From: Candidatus Latescibacterota bacterium
Lineage (GTDB): Bacteria; Latescibacterota; UBA2968
Direction of reading: 5' to 3'
Length of the DNA stretch: 64,000 nucleotides
Assembly: GCA_022821275.1 (NCBI GenBank)
Contig: JAJEDY010000002.1
Location: forward strand, 28,561-92,560
This document shows, in pieces, positions 17,501 to 26,680 of this stretch (positions are counted from its first letter, which is position 1; each line of letters opens with the position of its first letter). The notes beneath the pieces are model-generated. The model did no database searches. It worked only from the letters and a program-made list of their open reading frames with translations, and was not told the origin of the DNA. The position numbers and the translations under genes were made by a program.

Positions 17501-18482
17501 GAATTTCTGTAAAGCGAAACTGTCGCCCCTCCAAACGCCTGCGCGTCTCATGGATATCCTTCTCAGTGGGCATAAACACCAGAATATCGCCTCGCCCCGA
17601 ATCAACCACCATATCCACAGCAGTCACCGCCGCATCGATATACGTCTCCCCGGCGAGATCTTCTATAGGCCAGTATTGCACATCCACCGGATACATCCGC
17701 CCGGACACTTCAATAATAGGCGCATTGTCAAACGCCTTAGAAAACGCCTCCGTATCAATCGTCGCCGATGTAATCACAATCCGCAACTCGGGGCGACGCT
17801 TCTGCAACAGGCGCAAATACCCCAACAAAAAATCGATATTCAAACTGCGCTCGTGCGCCTCATCAATAATAACCGTATCGTACTCATACAAATTCGGATC
17901 GCCCTGAATCTCCGCGAGCAACATCCCATCCGTCATCATCTTGATCCGCGTCTCGGGCGCCGTTTCATCCTTAAACCGAATTTTGCACCCCACCTCAGCA
18001 CCCCACGCAACATTCAACTCCTCGGCAATGCGCCGCGACACCGACAGCGCCGCCACGCGCCGGGGTTGGGTACACGCAATTTTCGCCGCCACACCGCGAC
18101 CGGCCTCCAAACACATCTTGGGCAACTGCGTCGTCTTCCCCGAACCTGTCTCACCTGCCACAATTACCACGGGATGTTCTCGAATCGCCCGAACAATCTC
18201 ATCCTTCCGCGCCTCAATCGGCAACGCCTCTGGATACGTCAGATGCAGCGGATTCTCCTCCCGGTCTTTCCGCAACGCCGCCGACCGCTCCGCCTGTACC
18301 TTCAAATTCTTCAACCGCCCCGTATCGCGCCGCTTTTGCCGCTGTATCTGACGCAACTGCCGCGCAATCTCCATGCCATCTTTGAGCATACACGCGGGCA
18401 GCAGCGACCACACTGCCGACATCAGACTCGGTCGCTTTCTGCGCGATCTGCGTTTTTTTGTCTGTTCGTTTTTACTCGCCAT
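14589..18482 (-). CDS. hrpA: ATP-dependent RNA helicase HrpA (DEAH-box)
   Basis: About 1,300 aa with GETGSGKTTQLP, IIDEAHERS, helicase C, HA2 and OB domains and the long HrpA-specific C-terminal extension. Start at MASKNEQ (ATG 18480-18482) after GAAGGATAGG. Confidence 0.85.
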   Translation of the reverse strand: MASKNEQTKKRRSRRKRPSLMSAVWSLLPACMLKDGMEIARQLRQIQRQKRRDTGRLKNLKVQAERSAALRKDREENPLHLTYPEALPIEARKDEIVRAIREHPVVIVAGETGSGKTTQLPKMCLEAGRGVAAKIACTQPRRVAALSVSRRIAEELNVAWGAEVGCKIRFKDETAPETRIKMMTDGMLLAEIQGDPNLYEYDTVIIDEAHERSLNIDFLLGYLRLLQKRRPELRIVITSATIDTEAFSKAFDNAPIIEVSGRMYPVDVQYWPIEDLAGETYIDAAVTAVDMVVDSGRGDILVFMPTEKDIHETRRRLEGRQFRFTEILPLFGRLTAGDQQKVFYKQRYRRIVVATNIAETSITIPGIRYVIDTGLARISRHNPRNQTHRLPVEDISQSSARQRAGRCGRVQNGVCIRLYDEKSFLARPEYTQPEIQRSDLAEVILRMIALRLGDVETFPFIDPPRSQAIQGGFDVLRALGAIDDHKRLTPLGRGMARLPLAPTVSRMILQAQRERALREVLVIASAISIQDPRVRPLEQEKAADQEHRRFVDGESDFIALLNIWKAYHDTFEKLRTQSQMRKFCKQHFLSFNRMREWRDIYMQIRHTLREMGSFRMNRDDAGYDAIHRSVVSGLLGNVAQKKEGNMYRAARGRDVMLFPGSGLFQRKEGREEEKKSTPGWVVAAEVVETSRLFARTVARIQPSWLVALGAHLCRASYKEPFYSARSGRVLATETLTLHGLQVGQKRVGYGGIDASAATEIFIRGALVNDEVALPYEFVAQNRDLRARVETWQMQQRLMQFLDLDEAAYRFYAERLEDISSTHDLNRLIKRKGADFLLMSEKHLAGEQVDFDRDAFPNFLEVDGEEVPLSYAYRPGQDRDGVTLELPYKLVHFVQPEVLDWLVPGLLEEKITHLLRGLPKSIRKRFVPVPDKAREIAAALQPTHGAFLDSLSAHILGTYGIEISQSDWNVRDLPEHLQMRVEVRDEKEKAIVAARDLRVLRDQLDAREEDVQSDAWLRAQKQVARRDVTGQALGELPERVEVMQAGGMPVFGYVGLKREGDRVEVCLFKRADEAERETQAGWMRLCEREMRDEMRALKRSLGDLKQFEGAREALREGAYANLMAHLFTRDAAFPITRERFESRVQQARLYLQHLAPQLIQAMESLFETHREIRLLRGGYPEMEADLARLMPPDFLRQTPYDQVLHLSRFLKAIAIRAERAMLDPMKDRQKAEQVQPFQDAVDELMDSELTGEKRDAVQALRWMVEEFRVSVFAQELGTAQKVSPKRLYDKLEQVRGMV

Positions 18483-18514
18483 CCTATCCTTCTGTATTCC
18501 AACGCGGAATCCGC

Positions 18515-19252
18515 CTATAATCCATCCCAATACGCCCACATATCATCCGGCGTCTCAAAGCGCATCTCGTTATTATCCTTTCGCCGAAAACGACTCACAA
18601 ACGCCATGCGAATATCCCGCCCGCAATTTACGCCCGGGCTATGCAACATCAAATGATGCCAGAACGTCACCGTGCCCGGCGGTCCCGTAACATCAACCGG
18701 CGTGGGAAGGTCGTAATACTCCCCCTGCGCATTGCGAAACGCATCCAACCCATTCACCAGACTGTGCGTCTTAAAATATTCATAAGCTCGCTTGTGCGCG
18801 CCGGGCCATATCGAAAACCCTCCCGAACGCGGCTTGACGTGATTGATATTCACCGTCACCGCAATCGCAAACGTATCCACCACGCCTTCACACGTATAGC
18901 CATCCAGATGCATCTGCCTGGCCGGCGTCCAATTGTCGTGCCCCTCGGGATAAATCATCTTGGCAAATGTGTAATTCGACACAGTCAACTTATTTTTGCC
19001 CACCATCTCTTCGCACATATCCTGAATCGGGGTCTCCGTCAACGTCGCCCGCACATCGGGATGGTTGCTGCATTTCAAATTTCCCCTCGGTCCCGCATTG
19101 ATCCACGTCTCGGGATCGTCGCGGTCTGCCTCAATCTCCTCCCATACCACATCCACCGCCTTCTCGATCAAATGCATCGGCACGACATCGCGTTTGACAA
19201 CATACCCCTGTTCTTTGAAATGCAATTTCTCTTCGTCGGTAAAATAAGCCAT
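18515..19252 (-). CDS. Phytanoyl-CoA dioxygenase (PhyH) family Fe(II)/2OG oxygenase
   Basis: 245 aa with MHLDGY (H-x-D) and distal His. Overall PhyH-like composition. Confidence 0.6.
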   Translation of the reverse strand: MAYFTDEEKLHFKEQGYVVKRDVVPMHLIEKAVDVVWEEIEADRDDPETWINAGPRGNLKCSNHPDVRATLTETPIQDMCEEMVGKNKLTVSNYTFAKMIYPEGHDNWTPARQMHLDGYTCEGVVDTFAIAVTVNINHVKPRSGGFSIWPGAHKRAYEYFKTHSLVNGLDAFRNAQGEYYDLPTPVDVTGPPGTVTFWHHLMLHSPGVNCGRDIRMAFVSRFRRKDNNEMRFETPDDMWAYWDGL

Positions 19253-19414
19253 AACCTTCTCTCCTCAGTAAAAATTTGTAGAAATCCGACAAGTGAAATA
19301 TCGGTTCTTTTTTTAAAAAATCAACTACACACACAGCGCGAATTTTTGAATTATATCCCAATCCATGCCTCTATTTCCTTCAAAATTCATGCAAGGTAGC
19401 CAACATAATATACA

Positions 19415-19918
19415 CTATTTTGTGCAATTCTCTGTTGTGTCGCGCATATTGGGATCAATAACGTCAAGGTCTTCACCCATTGCTGCGTCGTTGAGTGCCA
19501 TATCCGCAGATACAAAAGAGAACGAAGGAATACTCAAAATCTGACACAGGGAATGGACCTCTATCCCAGAAGCCAATTGTACAGCGTCATAACCACGTAA
19601 CGCATAGGTTTCTGCTAACATCATCGCACGTTCAGCCAAAGAACGCGTCACTTCAATAACGCGATATTGATTCTTGAAATCTTGTCGAAATTGTTCAATC
19701 GCTGTTCCAGCAACCATCTCAGAAAGTGCGCCAGCTTTCTTCTGTCTGGAAATTGCAGAGACCACTTCCACACCTGTAATTCGAGTGAGATAGATCCGGT
19801 TGCCAGTTGAAGGATTTGTCGTATCAACCACCCACGCTGTGCCTGTCTCCTGGATATAACGTTTGACCACAGCACTGCTATCAAAAAAAAAGATAGCCAC
19901 CTTATCGACGCTCCTCAA
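19415..19918 (-). CDS. vapC: PIN-domain toxin (VapC family)
   Basis: VAIFFFDSSAVVKRYIQE is the N-terminal PIN acidic motif. It overlaps the upstream small ORF by about 17 nt. AT-rich islet. Confidence 0.65.
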   Translation of the reverse strand: MRSVDKVAIFFFDSSAVVKRYIQETGTAWVVDTTNPSTGNRIYLTRITGVEVVSAISRQKKAGALSEMVAGTAIEQFRQDFKNQYRVIEVTRSLAERAMMLAETYALRGYDAVQLASGIEVHSLCQILSIPSFSFVSADMALNDAAMGEDLDVIDPNMRDTTENCTK

Positions 19919-20171
19919 TGATCACTTTAGACAGCGGTTTGCCTGTTGTCTTACCTGGCTTGCGATTTTGATAGGGAGTTAAATCGACCGATGAAGGAGG
20001 AACCTCACTGAGTAGATTCGCTTTGAGTAATCTGCGTTCCAATTCGTCCTCTTTTGAGCATGGAGGCGTTTCATTTAGCAGGTCGTTGAGCCGCTTGCTT
20101 AATTCCTGCTGTTCTTCTGGTGACAACGCTTTTGCTCGGTCTAAAATGCTCTCTAAATTGACGTTCGCCAT
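19902..20171 (-). CDS. Putative antitoxin partner of VapC
   Basis: 89-aa ORF immediately upstream of and overlapping the PIN gene. Charged helical protein. Role inferred from arrangement only. Confidence 0.4.
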   Translation of the reverse strand: MANVNLESILDRAKALSPEEQQELSKRLNDLLNETPPCSKEDELERRLLKANLLSEVPPSSVDLTPYQNRKPGKTTGKPLSKVIIEERR

Positions 20172-20410
20172 AGATAATTAGAACCTCCATAAAAAATATT
20201 TTCTCTATCACGATTAAGTCCTTTTACAAGATACATTGCAAATCTACAAGTGTCAATCAACGGACAAGCTATCGAAACGGCACTCTGACTTAAAAAAGAG
20301 CATTTCTTGTCTAATAACGAGCGACAGATTGAAATATTCTGTCGCATTGATGCCGACAGGTATTCGCCTGTGCTGACCGGCAATAAACAGATTTTGGCGT
20401 GTAATATCAA

Positions 20411-20436
20411 AGAGTTATGGGCTAAACCATAACTCT
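20411..20436. promoter_or_regulatory. Perfect 10-bp-arm palindrome AGAGTTATGG-N6-CCATAACTCT about 100 nt upstream of the OMP gene
   Basis: Exact inverted repeat seen in sequence. Candidate operator site. Confidence 0.3.
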
Positions 20437-20533
20437 GGCATGTTATTTGCAGATAGACAGGAAAAACACACGCATCCCTAACCCATTCCATAAGTGGTCT
20501 CACATGCCAGATCAACTGTATCTCAGTTCGCTT

Positions 20534-21343
20534 ATGCGAACAAAATATCGTCAGATTGTCCTTGTTTTACTTTTCTCACTCTTCCCTTCATCTGCTCACG
20601 CAGCCTTTGAATTTCAACCCATTGGCGCCCATACCTCGGGTACTGGCGATGCAGGCGTAGCCTGGGCAACTGGTGCCTCAGGCGCATTTTGGAATCCCGC
20701 GGCATTAGCCTGGGGCAAGCGACTGAGCTTGTTTGGCATGTATGATCGACCATTTGGAATAGCCGAACTGGCAACCCATGCGCTCAGTGCTGGGCTGCGG
20801 ATTGACCGCCACGGCCTGGGCGCGAGATACAAGGGATTTGGATTCGCGCTATACAAAGAGCAAGAATTTGGTCTCATTTATGGACTGCGCGTCTTTCAAC
20901 AACTGAGCCTGGGATTTGGCATACGCGCCTTACAACTCAGCACAGCGGGAATGCCCACACAACGCTGGGTGGTATTCGACGCGGGTATAAGGTCGCAGAT
21001 ACGCAAAGGCGTCTTTCTGGGCGCAGCGATCTGGAATGCGGGTGGTAGGCACACATCGCTTTTGGGACAAAGTGGCACTGTGGGAATGGGTATTACCGTC
21101 ATGCCGCAAGTTGTATTGGTGGCAGACATACAGAAAGAAGCGAATTTTCCCACAGGTGCGGGCATTGGGATCATGTATCATATCCACCCCCAACTGGTAC
21201 TAAGCACAGGTGCAGGCAGCCGCCCAGAACGATTGAGCGCGGGATTTGGCTTGCGAAAAAGCGGCTTCGCAATTGACTATGCCGCAGTATGGCACACAGT
21301 ACTGGGAATCACGCATCGCGCTTCAGTGGTCTATGAGTATTAA
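20534..21343 (+). CDS. Outer-membrane beta-barrel protein with signal peptide
   Basis: MRTKYRQIVLVLLFSLFPSSAHA reads as a signal peptide (AHA|A). Alternating amphipathic beta-strands, Gly/aromatic-rich, C-terminal ...VVYEY aromatic terminus typical of OMPs. Confidence 0.55.
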   Translation: MRTKYRQIVLVLLFSLFPSSAHAAFEFQPIGAHTSGTGDAGVAWATGASGAFWNPAALAWGKRLSLFGMYDRPFGIAELATHALSAGLRIDRHGLGARYKGFGFALYKEQEFGLIYGLRVFQQLSLGFGIRALQLSTAGMPTQRWVVFDAGIRSQIRKGVFLGAAIWNAGGRHTSLLGQSGTVGMGITVMPQVVLVADIQKEANFPTGAGIGIMYHIHPQLVLSTGAGSRPERLSAGFGLRKSGFAIDYAAVWHTVLGITHRASVVYEY

Positions 21344-21402
21344 CCCCTTGTAATAAGGTATCCGCGCTTGACAGGATTTGGGCCTTCGGCTATTTTGGGA
21401 TC

Positions 21403-22143
21403 ATGAATTTGGCTTTGAAAATATTGCGCGAAATCGGCCTTTTTGGAACGTGTGCCATATTTACTGCAATAATCGGATTGATCGTAATCGATCAAATTGC
21501 AATGCCGATCTACGTGCGGCAAGGCGTAGAAGTCGCTGTTCCCGACCTCATCGGACTTACCCCCTCGCAGGCACAGGCGCAATTGCAAGACAAGGGCCTG
21601 CGCATGAAAGAACGAGAACCGCGCTGGGATGCTTCTGTACCTGCCGGACACATCATATGGCAAAATCCGTCTGCCCTCTCCCATGTAAAACCCAATCGCA
21701 CAGTCTATGTTGCGCCGAGTTTGGGACAACGTCTCCACGCCGTACCCGATCTCCTCAACCGCCCTTTGCGACAGGCACAGTTATGGATTGCACAGGCGGA
21801 TTTGAGCGTTGGTAAAGTCACCGAAATATCATCTTCGGAAATAAAAGAGGGCAATATTATCGATCACAAACCCAAAGCTGGCGAAAAAGTCGCCCGGGGA
21901 ACGCAGGTCGAACTGACTGTAAGCACGGGGCCGCCTCGTGCATTTGTCAACATGCCCCGGGTTACCGAGCTAAAATTAGACGAAGCCCGGCGCTTGTTAT
22001 TGTCGCTCGGTCTGCAACCCAATAATATCCGATACGAATTTAGCACCGCTTATGAACCCGATGTCGTAATCCGTCAGAAGCCAGAATCGGGCACGCCAAT
22101 AAAACGCGGCTCTCCTGTGATACTGATTGTGAGTAAACTGTAA
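21403..22143 (+). CDS. PASTA-domain protein (N-terminal TM anchor plus three PASTA repeats)
   Basis: One N-terminal TMS then three ~65-aa repeats (VPDLIGLTPSQAQAQLQDKGL..., VPDLLNRPLRQAQLWIAQADL..., MPRVTELKLDEARRLLLSLGL...). Confidence 0.65.
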   Translation: MNLALKILREIGLFGTCAIFTAIIGLIVIDQIAMPIYVRQGVEVAVPDLIGLTPSQAQAQLQDKGLRMKEREPRWDASVPAGHIIWQNPSALSHVKPNRTVYVAPSLGQRLHAVPDLLNRPLRQAQLWIAQADLSVGKVTEISSSEIKEGNIIDHKPKAGEKVARGTQVELTVSTGPPRAFVNMPRVTELKLDEARRLLLSLGLQPNNIRYEFSTAYEPDVVIRQKPESGTPIKRGSPVILIVSKL

Positions 22144-22165
22144 AAAGTTTTTATTTGAGGTTAAA

Positions 22166-22822
22166 ATGGTAAAAATCGCCCCATCATTTCTCTCTGCCGA
22201 TTTCCGCACACTCGAAAATCAAGTGCGCCTGGTCGAAGAGGCCGGTGCCGAATATATCCATCTGGATATTATGGATGGACATTTTGTGCCCAATATCACA
22301 TTTGGTGCGCTGGTCGTCGAAGCCATTCGCAAAACAACAGACCTGGTGCTGGACGTGCATCTCATGATCTCTGAACCCGGTAAATATCTGCAAGATTTTG
22401 CCGATGCGGGCACAGATATTTTGACCGTTCACGTCGAGGTCGAAGAAGATGTGCCCGCACTGTTGGATCGCATCCGAAAAGCCAATATGAAAGCCGGTGC
22501 TACCCTGCGCCCGGGCACGGAGATCGAGACATTATTTCCACTATTACCCAAATTGGATCTCGCGCTCATTATGTCCGTCGAACCGGGCTTTGGCGGCCAG
22601 TCGTTTATGCCGGCGTCTCTCGATCGGGTGCGGGCATTAAAAGCCGAAATTGTGCGGCGGGAATTGGACGTCGAAATAGAAATTGACGGCGGCATAGGCG
22701 TGGAAAACGCGCGTCAGGTAGCCAAAGCCGGCGTGCGAGTTCTCGTAGCTGGCTCGGCGGTATTTCGCGACGGAGCCATTGCAAAAAACGTACAGGCCAT
22801 TCGCCAGGCGGCAACGGGATAG
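22166..22822 (+). CDS. rpe: Ribulose-phosphate 3-epimerase
   Basis: MVKIAPSFLSADFRTLENQV...HLDIMDGHFVPNITFG...VHLM...MSVEPGFGGQ are canonical Rpe motifs. Confidence 0.85.
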   Translation: MVKIAPSFLSADFRTLENQVRLVEEAGAEYIHLDIMDGHFVPNITFGALVVEAIRKTTDLVLDVHLMISEPGKYLQDFADAGTDILTVHVEVEEDVPALLDRIRKANMKAGATLRPGTEIETLFPLLPKLDLALIMSVEPGFGGQSFMPASLDRVRALKAEIVRRELDVEIEIDGGIGVENARQVAKAGVRVLVAGSAVFRDGAIAKNVQAIRQAATG

Positions 22823-22850
22823 TTGCTGCGGATTTTTCGTCCGCTTATTT

Positions 22851-22879
22851 CTTGCATAAAATTGACGAATCCTCTATAT
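22851..22879 (+). promoter_or_regulatory. Putative sigma70 promoter of the ffh-rpsP-rimM-trmD-rplS operon
   Basis: TTGCAT-17 bp-TATATT, about 40 nt upstream of ffh. Confidence 0.4.
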
Positions 22880-22916
22880 TCTTCAGTCTTGTCCCGCCAT
22901 TTTTAAGGGTCTTTTT

Positions 22917-24242
22917 ATGTTTGAAATGTTGACAGATCGCCTCGATGGCGTATTTAAGCAACTTCGCAGCCGCGGTCGATTGAGCGAGTCGAACATCGAC
23001 GACGCCATGCGAGAGGTGCGCCGGGCATTGCTCGAAGCAGATGTCAACTACAAAGTTGCCCGCTCGTTTATTGCGCGGGTCAAAGAACGCGCCATAGGGC
23101 GTGAAGTGCTCAAAAGCATCACGCCCGGACAGCAAGTTGTCAAAGTTGTCCACGACGAATTGATCGCGTTGATGGGCAATCAAAATGCCGCGTTGCAATT
23201 TGCCGAATCGCCACCCTCAGCAATCATGATGGTTGGTCTTCAAGGATCGGGTAAAACGACAGCCTCCGCAAAATTGGCCCGATTATTGGCATCGCAAAAC
23301 AAAAAGCCTCTGCTCGTAGCGGCTGATATTTATCGTCCTGCGGCAATTGATCAACTTTGCGTGCTCGCCGAGCAAGTGGGCGTGCCCGTACATCGGGCGC
23401 CAGAAGGCACCGATCCGGTCGATATTTGCACACAGGCGATGGACCGGGCAAAAAATGAAAACCGCGATGTGGTCATTCTCGATACCGCGGGTCGGCTACA
23501 CGTTGATGACGAGCGAATGGATGAAGTATTTCGCATTCGCGAGGCCGTATCGCCCTCAGAAATTCTGTTTGTGTGCGACGCCATGACCGGGCAAGATGCC
23601 GTATCGTCAGCCTCGGCCTTTTACGAAAAACTCAAATTCTCAGGGGTAGTACTCACGCGCATGGACAGCGACACCCGCGGCGGTGCGGCACTATCCATCC
23701 GAGAGGTTGCGGGCGTCCCGATTAAATACATCGGCGTCAGCGAAAAAGTCGATGGTCTGGAAGTATTTCATCCCGACCGCATGGCCTCTCGCATTTTGGG
23801 CATGGGCGATGTGGTTACACTGGTGGAAAAAGCACAGACGAGCATTGACGCCGAACAGGCAAAAAAAGTCGAGCAAAAGCTCCGCTCTGCATCGTTCACA
23901 TTTGACGATTTTCTCGAGCAAATGGCGCAAATCAGGCAGATGGGTCCCTTGGATCAACTGATGAAAATGATCCCCGGAGTGAGCAAGTCCATGCCGGACT
24001 TGCAGGTGGATGAAAAATCCTTCTCGCATATCGAGGCAATCATCTATTCAATGACACCCGCAGAGCGCGAAAAACCGCATATAATTAATGGCAGCAGGCG
24101 CAAACGCATTGCAAATGGCAGCGGGCGCAGCATTCAAGATGTCAACAAATTGCTCAAGCAATTCAGCATGATGCAAAAAATGATGAAACGCATGTCCCGT
24201 ATGGAAAAACAGGGCAAAATGGCAATTCCGATGTTCGGATAA
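22917..24242 (+). CDS. ffh: Signal recognition particle protein Ffh
   Basis: N domain, GTPase G domain ([18 protein letters not shown]) and Met-rich M domain (MMQKMMKRM). Confidence 0.9.
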   Translation: MFEMLTDRLDGVFKQLRSRGRLSESNIDDAMREVRRALLEADVNYKVARSFIARVKERAIGREVLKSITPGQQVVKVVHDELIALMGNQNAALQFAESPPSAIMMVGLQGSGKTTASAKLARLLASQNKKPLLVAADIYRPAAIDQLCVLAEQVGVPVHRAPEGTDPVDICTQAMDRAKNENRDVVILDTAGRLHVDDERMDEVFRIREAVSPSEILFVCDAMTGQDAVSSASAFYEKLKFSGVVLTRMDSDTRGGAALSIREVAGVPIKYIGVSEKVDGLEVFHPDRMASRILGMGDVVTLVEKAQTSIDAEQAKKVEQKLRSASFTFDDFLEQMAQIRQMGPLDQLMKMIPGVSKSMPDLQVDEKSFSHIEAIIYSMTPAEREKPHIINGSRRKRIANGSGRSIQDVNKLLKQFSMMQKMMKRMSRMEKQGKMAIPMFG

Positions 24243-24258
24243 CACAAAGGAGTACGAT

Positions 24259-24561
24259 TTGGTTCGACTTCGCTTACGTCGTATGGGCGCGAAAAAAGCG
24301 CCGTTCTATCGCGTGGTAGCGGCCGATTCCACCTCACCCCGCGATGGTCGGTTCATCGAAGTTCTGGGGCATTATAATCCGACCAAAAATCCCCAGATTA
24401 TCGAGTTGAAAGAAGACCGCATAAAGTATTGGTTGGACGTGGGCGCACAGCCCTCCGATACAGTACTCAGTTTATTTCGCCAAAAGGGCCTGCTCTCAAA
24501 AACTCAGGATGAGGACGCACAACCTGCCGATGCTGAGCCAGATGCCCCATCCGAGGAATGA
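24259..24561 (+). CDS. rpsP: 30S ribosomal protein S16
   Basis: (TTG)[40 protein letters not shown] is canonical bS16. TTG start. Confidence 0.9.
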   Translation: MVRLRLRRMGAKKAPFYRVVAADSTSPRDGRFIEVLGHYNPTKNPQIIELKEDRIKYWLDVGAQPSDTVLSLFRQKGLLSKTQDEDAQPADAEPDAPSEE

Positions 24562-24564
24562 GCC

Positions 24565-25098
24565 TTGGAGCCGGATACTGGATTAAACCACTCCAGCACA
24601 GGCTTTGTCACGATTGGCAAAATTATGAAACCCCGAGGCATTCGGGGAGAAGCTTTTTTGCTACCGTTGACCGATTTCCCGCAACGATTTGACGATCTGG
24701 ATACTGTCCGCGTTGAAGCGCCCGATGGCACATATTCCGCATTGAATGTGGCTTATGTACGCGCTTATGGTTCTCGCCTGGCAATCAAATTTCAGGGCAT
24801 TAACACCCCTGAGGATGTGAGGCGATTGCGCGAACACTTTGTTTTAGTAGCTCGCGATGCCGTGTATCCCTTGCCCGACGGTTCGTTTTACGTTTTTGAA
24901 CTCGAGGGACTGCCAGTTGAAACAGCATCGGGAGCGATGATAGGACACGTCGTAGAAGTCTTATCGTATCCGGCCAACGATGTATATGTGGTAGATCGCA
25001 ATGGCGAAGACGTATTGATCCCGGCCGTGCGCGAGATTATCTACGTAGATCAAAAAGCCGGCAAAATTGTCGTGCAGGAAATCGAAGGGCTTTTGTAG
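24565..25098 (+). CDS. rimM: Ribosome maturation factor RimM
   Basis: VTIGKIMKPRGIRGE... plus PRC barrel. Conserved position between rpsP and trmD. Exact start uncertain (TTG). Confidence 0.8.
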   Translation: MEPDTGLNHSSTGFVTIGKIMKPRGIRGEAFLLPLTDFPQRFDDLDTVRVEAPDGTYSALNVAYVRAYGSRLAIKFQGINTPEDVRRLREHFVLVARDAVYPLPDGSFYVFELEGLPVETASGAMIGHVVEVLSYPANDVYVVDRNGEDVLIPAVREIIYVDQKAGKIVVQEIEGLL

Positions 25099-25107
25099 GA
25101 CATATCT

Positions 25108-25776
25108 GTGATGCGAATAGACGTGATCACAATTTTTCCCGGCCTGATTCGGGATGTATTGAAGTACAGTATCCCCCGACGCGCCATTGACGCGGAATTG
25201 ATCGACATTTTAGCGCACGACCTTCGAGACCACGCAGACGACAAGCACAAAACAATCGACGACACGCCTTATGGGGGTGGCGCGGGGATGATCTTCAAAC
25301 CCGAACCCATTGCACGCGCGATAGAAGCACTCCCTCCAGGTGGCCGCGTGATATTTCTCACGCCTGAAGGACGACAATTCACGCAGTCTGTGGCCAATGA
25401 ATTGTCTTTATCGGATCATCTGGTATTACTGTGCGGTCACTATCGCGGCATTGATGAGCGCGTCCGCGAAAACTATGTCGATGATGAAATTTCAATTGGT
25501 GATTATGTACTCAGCGGTGGCGAATTGCCCGCCCTCATTTTGATCGATGCATTGATCCGGTTGATTCCCGGTGCCATAGGCAATGCCGAGTCAGCACTTG
25601 AAGACTCGTTTCAAAATGGCCTGTTAGATTGCGCGTGGTACACGCGGCCTCGTGAATTTGAAGGCTTAACCGTACCAGAGGCATTGCTCAGTGGAGATCA
25701 CAAAAAAGTCGCCCAATGGCGGCGAGACAACGCGAGACAACGCACGCTTGAGCGCCGCCCCGATCTGTTGGAATAA
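25108..25776 (+). CDS. trmD: tRNA (guanine37-N1)-methyltransferase TrmD
   Basis: MRIDVITIFPGL...DDTPYGGGAGM...GHYRGIDERV is the SPOUT TrmD signature. Confidence 0.9.
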   Translation: MMRIDVITIFPGLIRDVLKYSIPRRAIDAELIDILAHDLRDHADDKHKTIDDTPYGGGAGMIFKPEPIARAIEALPPGGRVIFLTPEGRQFTQSVANELSLSDHLVLLCGHYRGIDERVRENYVDDEISIGDYVLSGGELPALILIDALIRLIPGAIGNAESALEDSFQNGLLDCAWYTRPREFEGLTVPEALLSGDHKKVAQWRRDNARQRTLERRPDLLE

Positions 25777-25819
25777 CCAATTTTTTTGAACCTTTATTTT
25801 TTTCAGGAGTATGTAAATC

Positions 25820-26167
25820 ATGGATGCCATTTTAAAATCTGTTTCCGAAGCACAACTGCGCGATGATGTGCCCGGGTTTGAAGCTGGCGATACCGTGCGC
25901 GTGCATGTCCGCGTGGTAGAAGGCGAAAAAGAACGCACCCAGCTTTTTGAGGGTGTGGTCATCCAACGCCGAGGATCCGGTATTCATGCGACATTTACGG
26001 TTCGCAAAATTAGCACGGGTGGCATTGGCGTAGAGCGCATCTTTCCTCTGCACACGCCTCGCATAGCTAAAATTGAAGTACTGCGTCGCGGTAAAGTGCG
26101 GCGATCAAAAATTTATTACCTGCGCAACCTGCGCGGCCGTGCTGCCCGTATTACAGAACGTCGATAG
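25820..26167 (+). CDS. rplS: 50S ribosomal protein L19
   Basis: ...[35 protein letters not shown]...[22 protein letters not shown] is canonical bL19. Confidence 0.9.
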   Translation: MDAILKSVSEAQLRDDVPGFEAGDTVRVHVRVVEGEKERTQLFEGVVIQRRGSGIHATFTVRKISTGGIGVERIFPLHTPRIAKIEVLRRGKVRRSKIYYLRNLRGRAARITERR

Positions 26168-26175
26168 GGATTATT

Positions 26176-26430
26176 ATGCCTCCTCGCCGAACGCGACAAC
26201 GTCCCAAACCCCGGCCAAAGTTGCCCTATTCAAAACGGAATATGTGGCTTTTTGGGCTTGGACTTATCGCCATTGCACTGGGCTATGTTTTTCTCTCCCT
26301 ACCGCCAGTCGATGGTTTTATGTCGCTCACGCTTGCCCCGTTGCTACTCGTACTCGGTTACTGCGTATTGATCCCAATAGCCTTGCTCAGCTACAAAAAA
26401 GAAGATGAGCCATCAACCGATGTGAGATAG
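26176..26430 (+). CDS. Small two-TMS membrane protein (hypothetical)
   Basis: 84 aa, basic N-terminus then two hydrophobic helices. Immediately downstream of rplS. Confidence 0.4.
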   Translation: MPPRRTRQRPKPRPKLPYSKRNMWLFGLGLIAIALGYVFLSLPPVDGFMSLTLAPLLLVLGYCVLIPIALLSYKKEDEPSTDVR

Positions 26431-26444
26431 ATTTAACCTTATCC

Positions 26445-26521
26445 GGGCGGTTAGCTCAGCTGGTTAGAGCGCCTGCCTTACAAGCAGGAGGTCACTGGTT
26501 CGAATCCAGTATCGCCCACCA
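26445..26521 (+). tRNA. tRNA-Val (anticodon TAC) with encoded CCA
   Basis: Cloverleaf by eye: acceptor GGGCGGT/ATCGCCC, D-arm AGCTCAGCTGGTTAGAGC, anticodon stem-loop CCTGC-CTTACAA-GCAGG, T-arm GGTTCGAATCC, discriminator A plus CCA. Confidence 0.85.
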
Positions 26522-26529
26522 TAAACACA

Positions 26530-26563
26530 AAAAGGCTTACAAGAATTCTTGTAAGCCTTTTTT
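26530..26563 (+). terminator. Rho-independent terminator after tRNA-Val
   Basis: Perfect palindrome GGCTTACAAGAATTCTTGTAAGCC followed by T6. Confidence 0.7.
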
Positions 26564-26680
26564 AATTTAAAACTCATGGACGAATGTCAATCTATTATCC
26601 TTGATTTTTGAGTATAAGAAGCTAATTTGAAACATCGTGAGTAATCTGTATTCCTTTCCGTCTTTTGAATTGAGGACCCC

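Noticed and set aside
15558-18656. Long antisense ORFs (585 aa and 445 aa) on the plus strand opposite hrpA
   Set aside because: Their translations are low-complexity Arg/His/Gln/Pro-rich strings typical of the reverse frame of a GC-rich gene. The hrpA frame on the minus strand has a full, motif-complete DEAH helicase.
22822-22850. Weak hairpin GCGGA-N7-TCCGC after rpe as a terminator
   Set aside because: Only a 5-bp stem, too weak to call. The downstream T-rich stretch is also part of the ffh promoter region.
26590-26680. Possible sigma70 promoter (TTGATT-16-TAATTT) for the enolase-family gene after the tRNA terminator
   Set aside because: Weak match with ambiguous spacing, and several alternative hexamers are nearby. 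Not reportable without TSS data.
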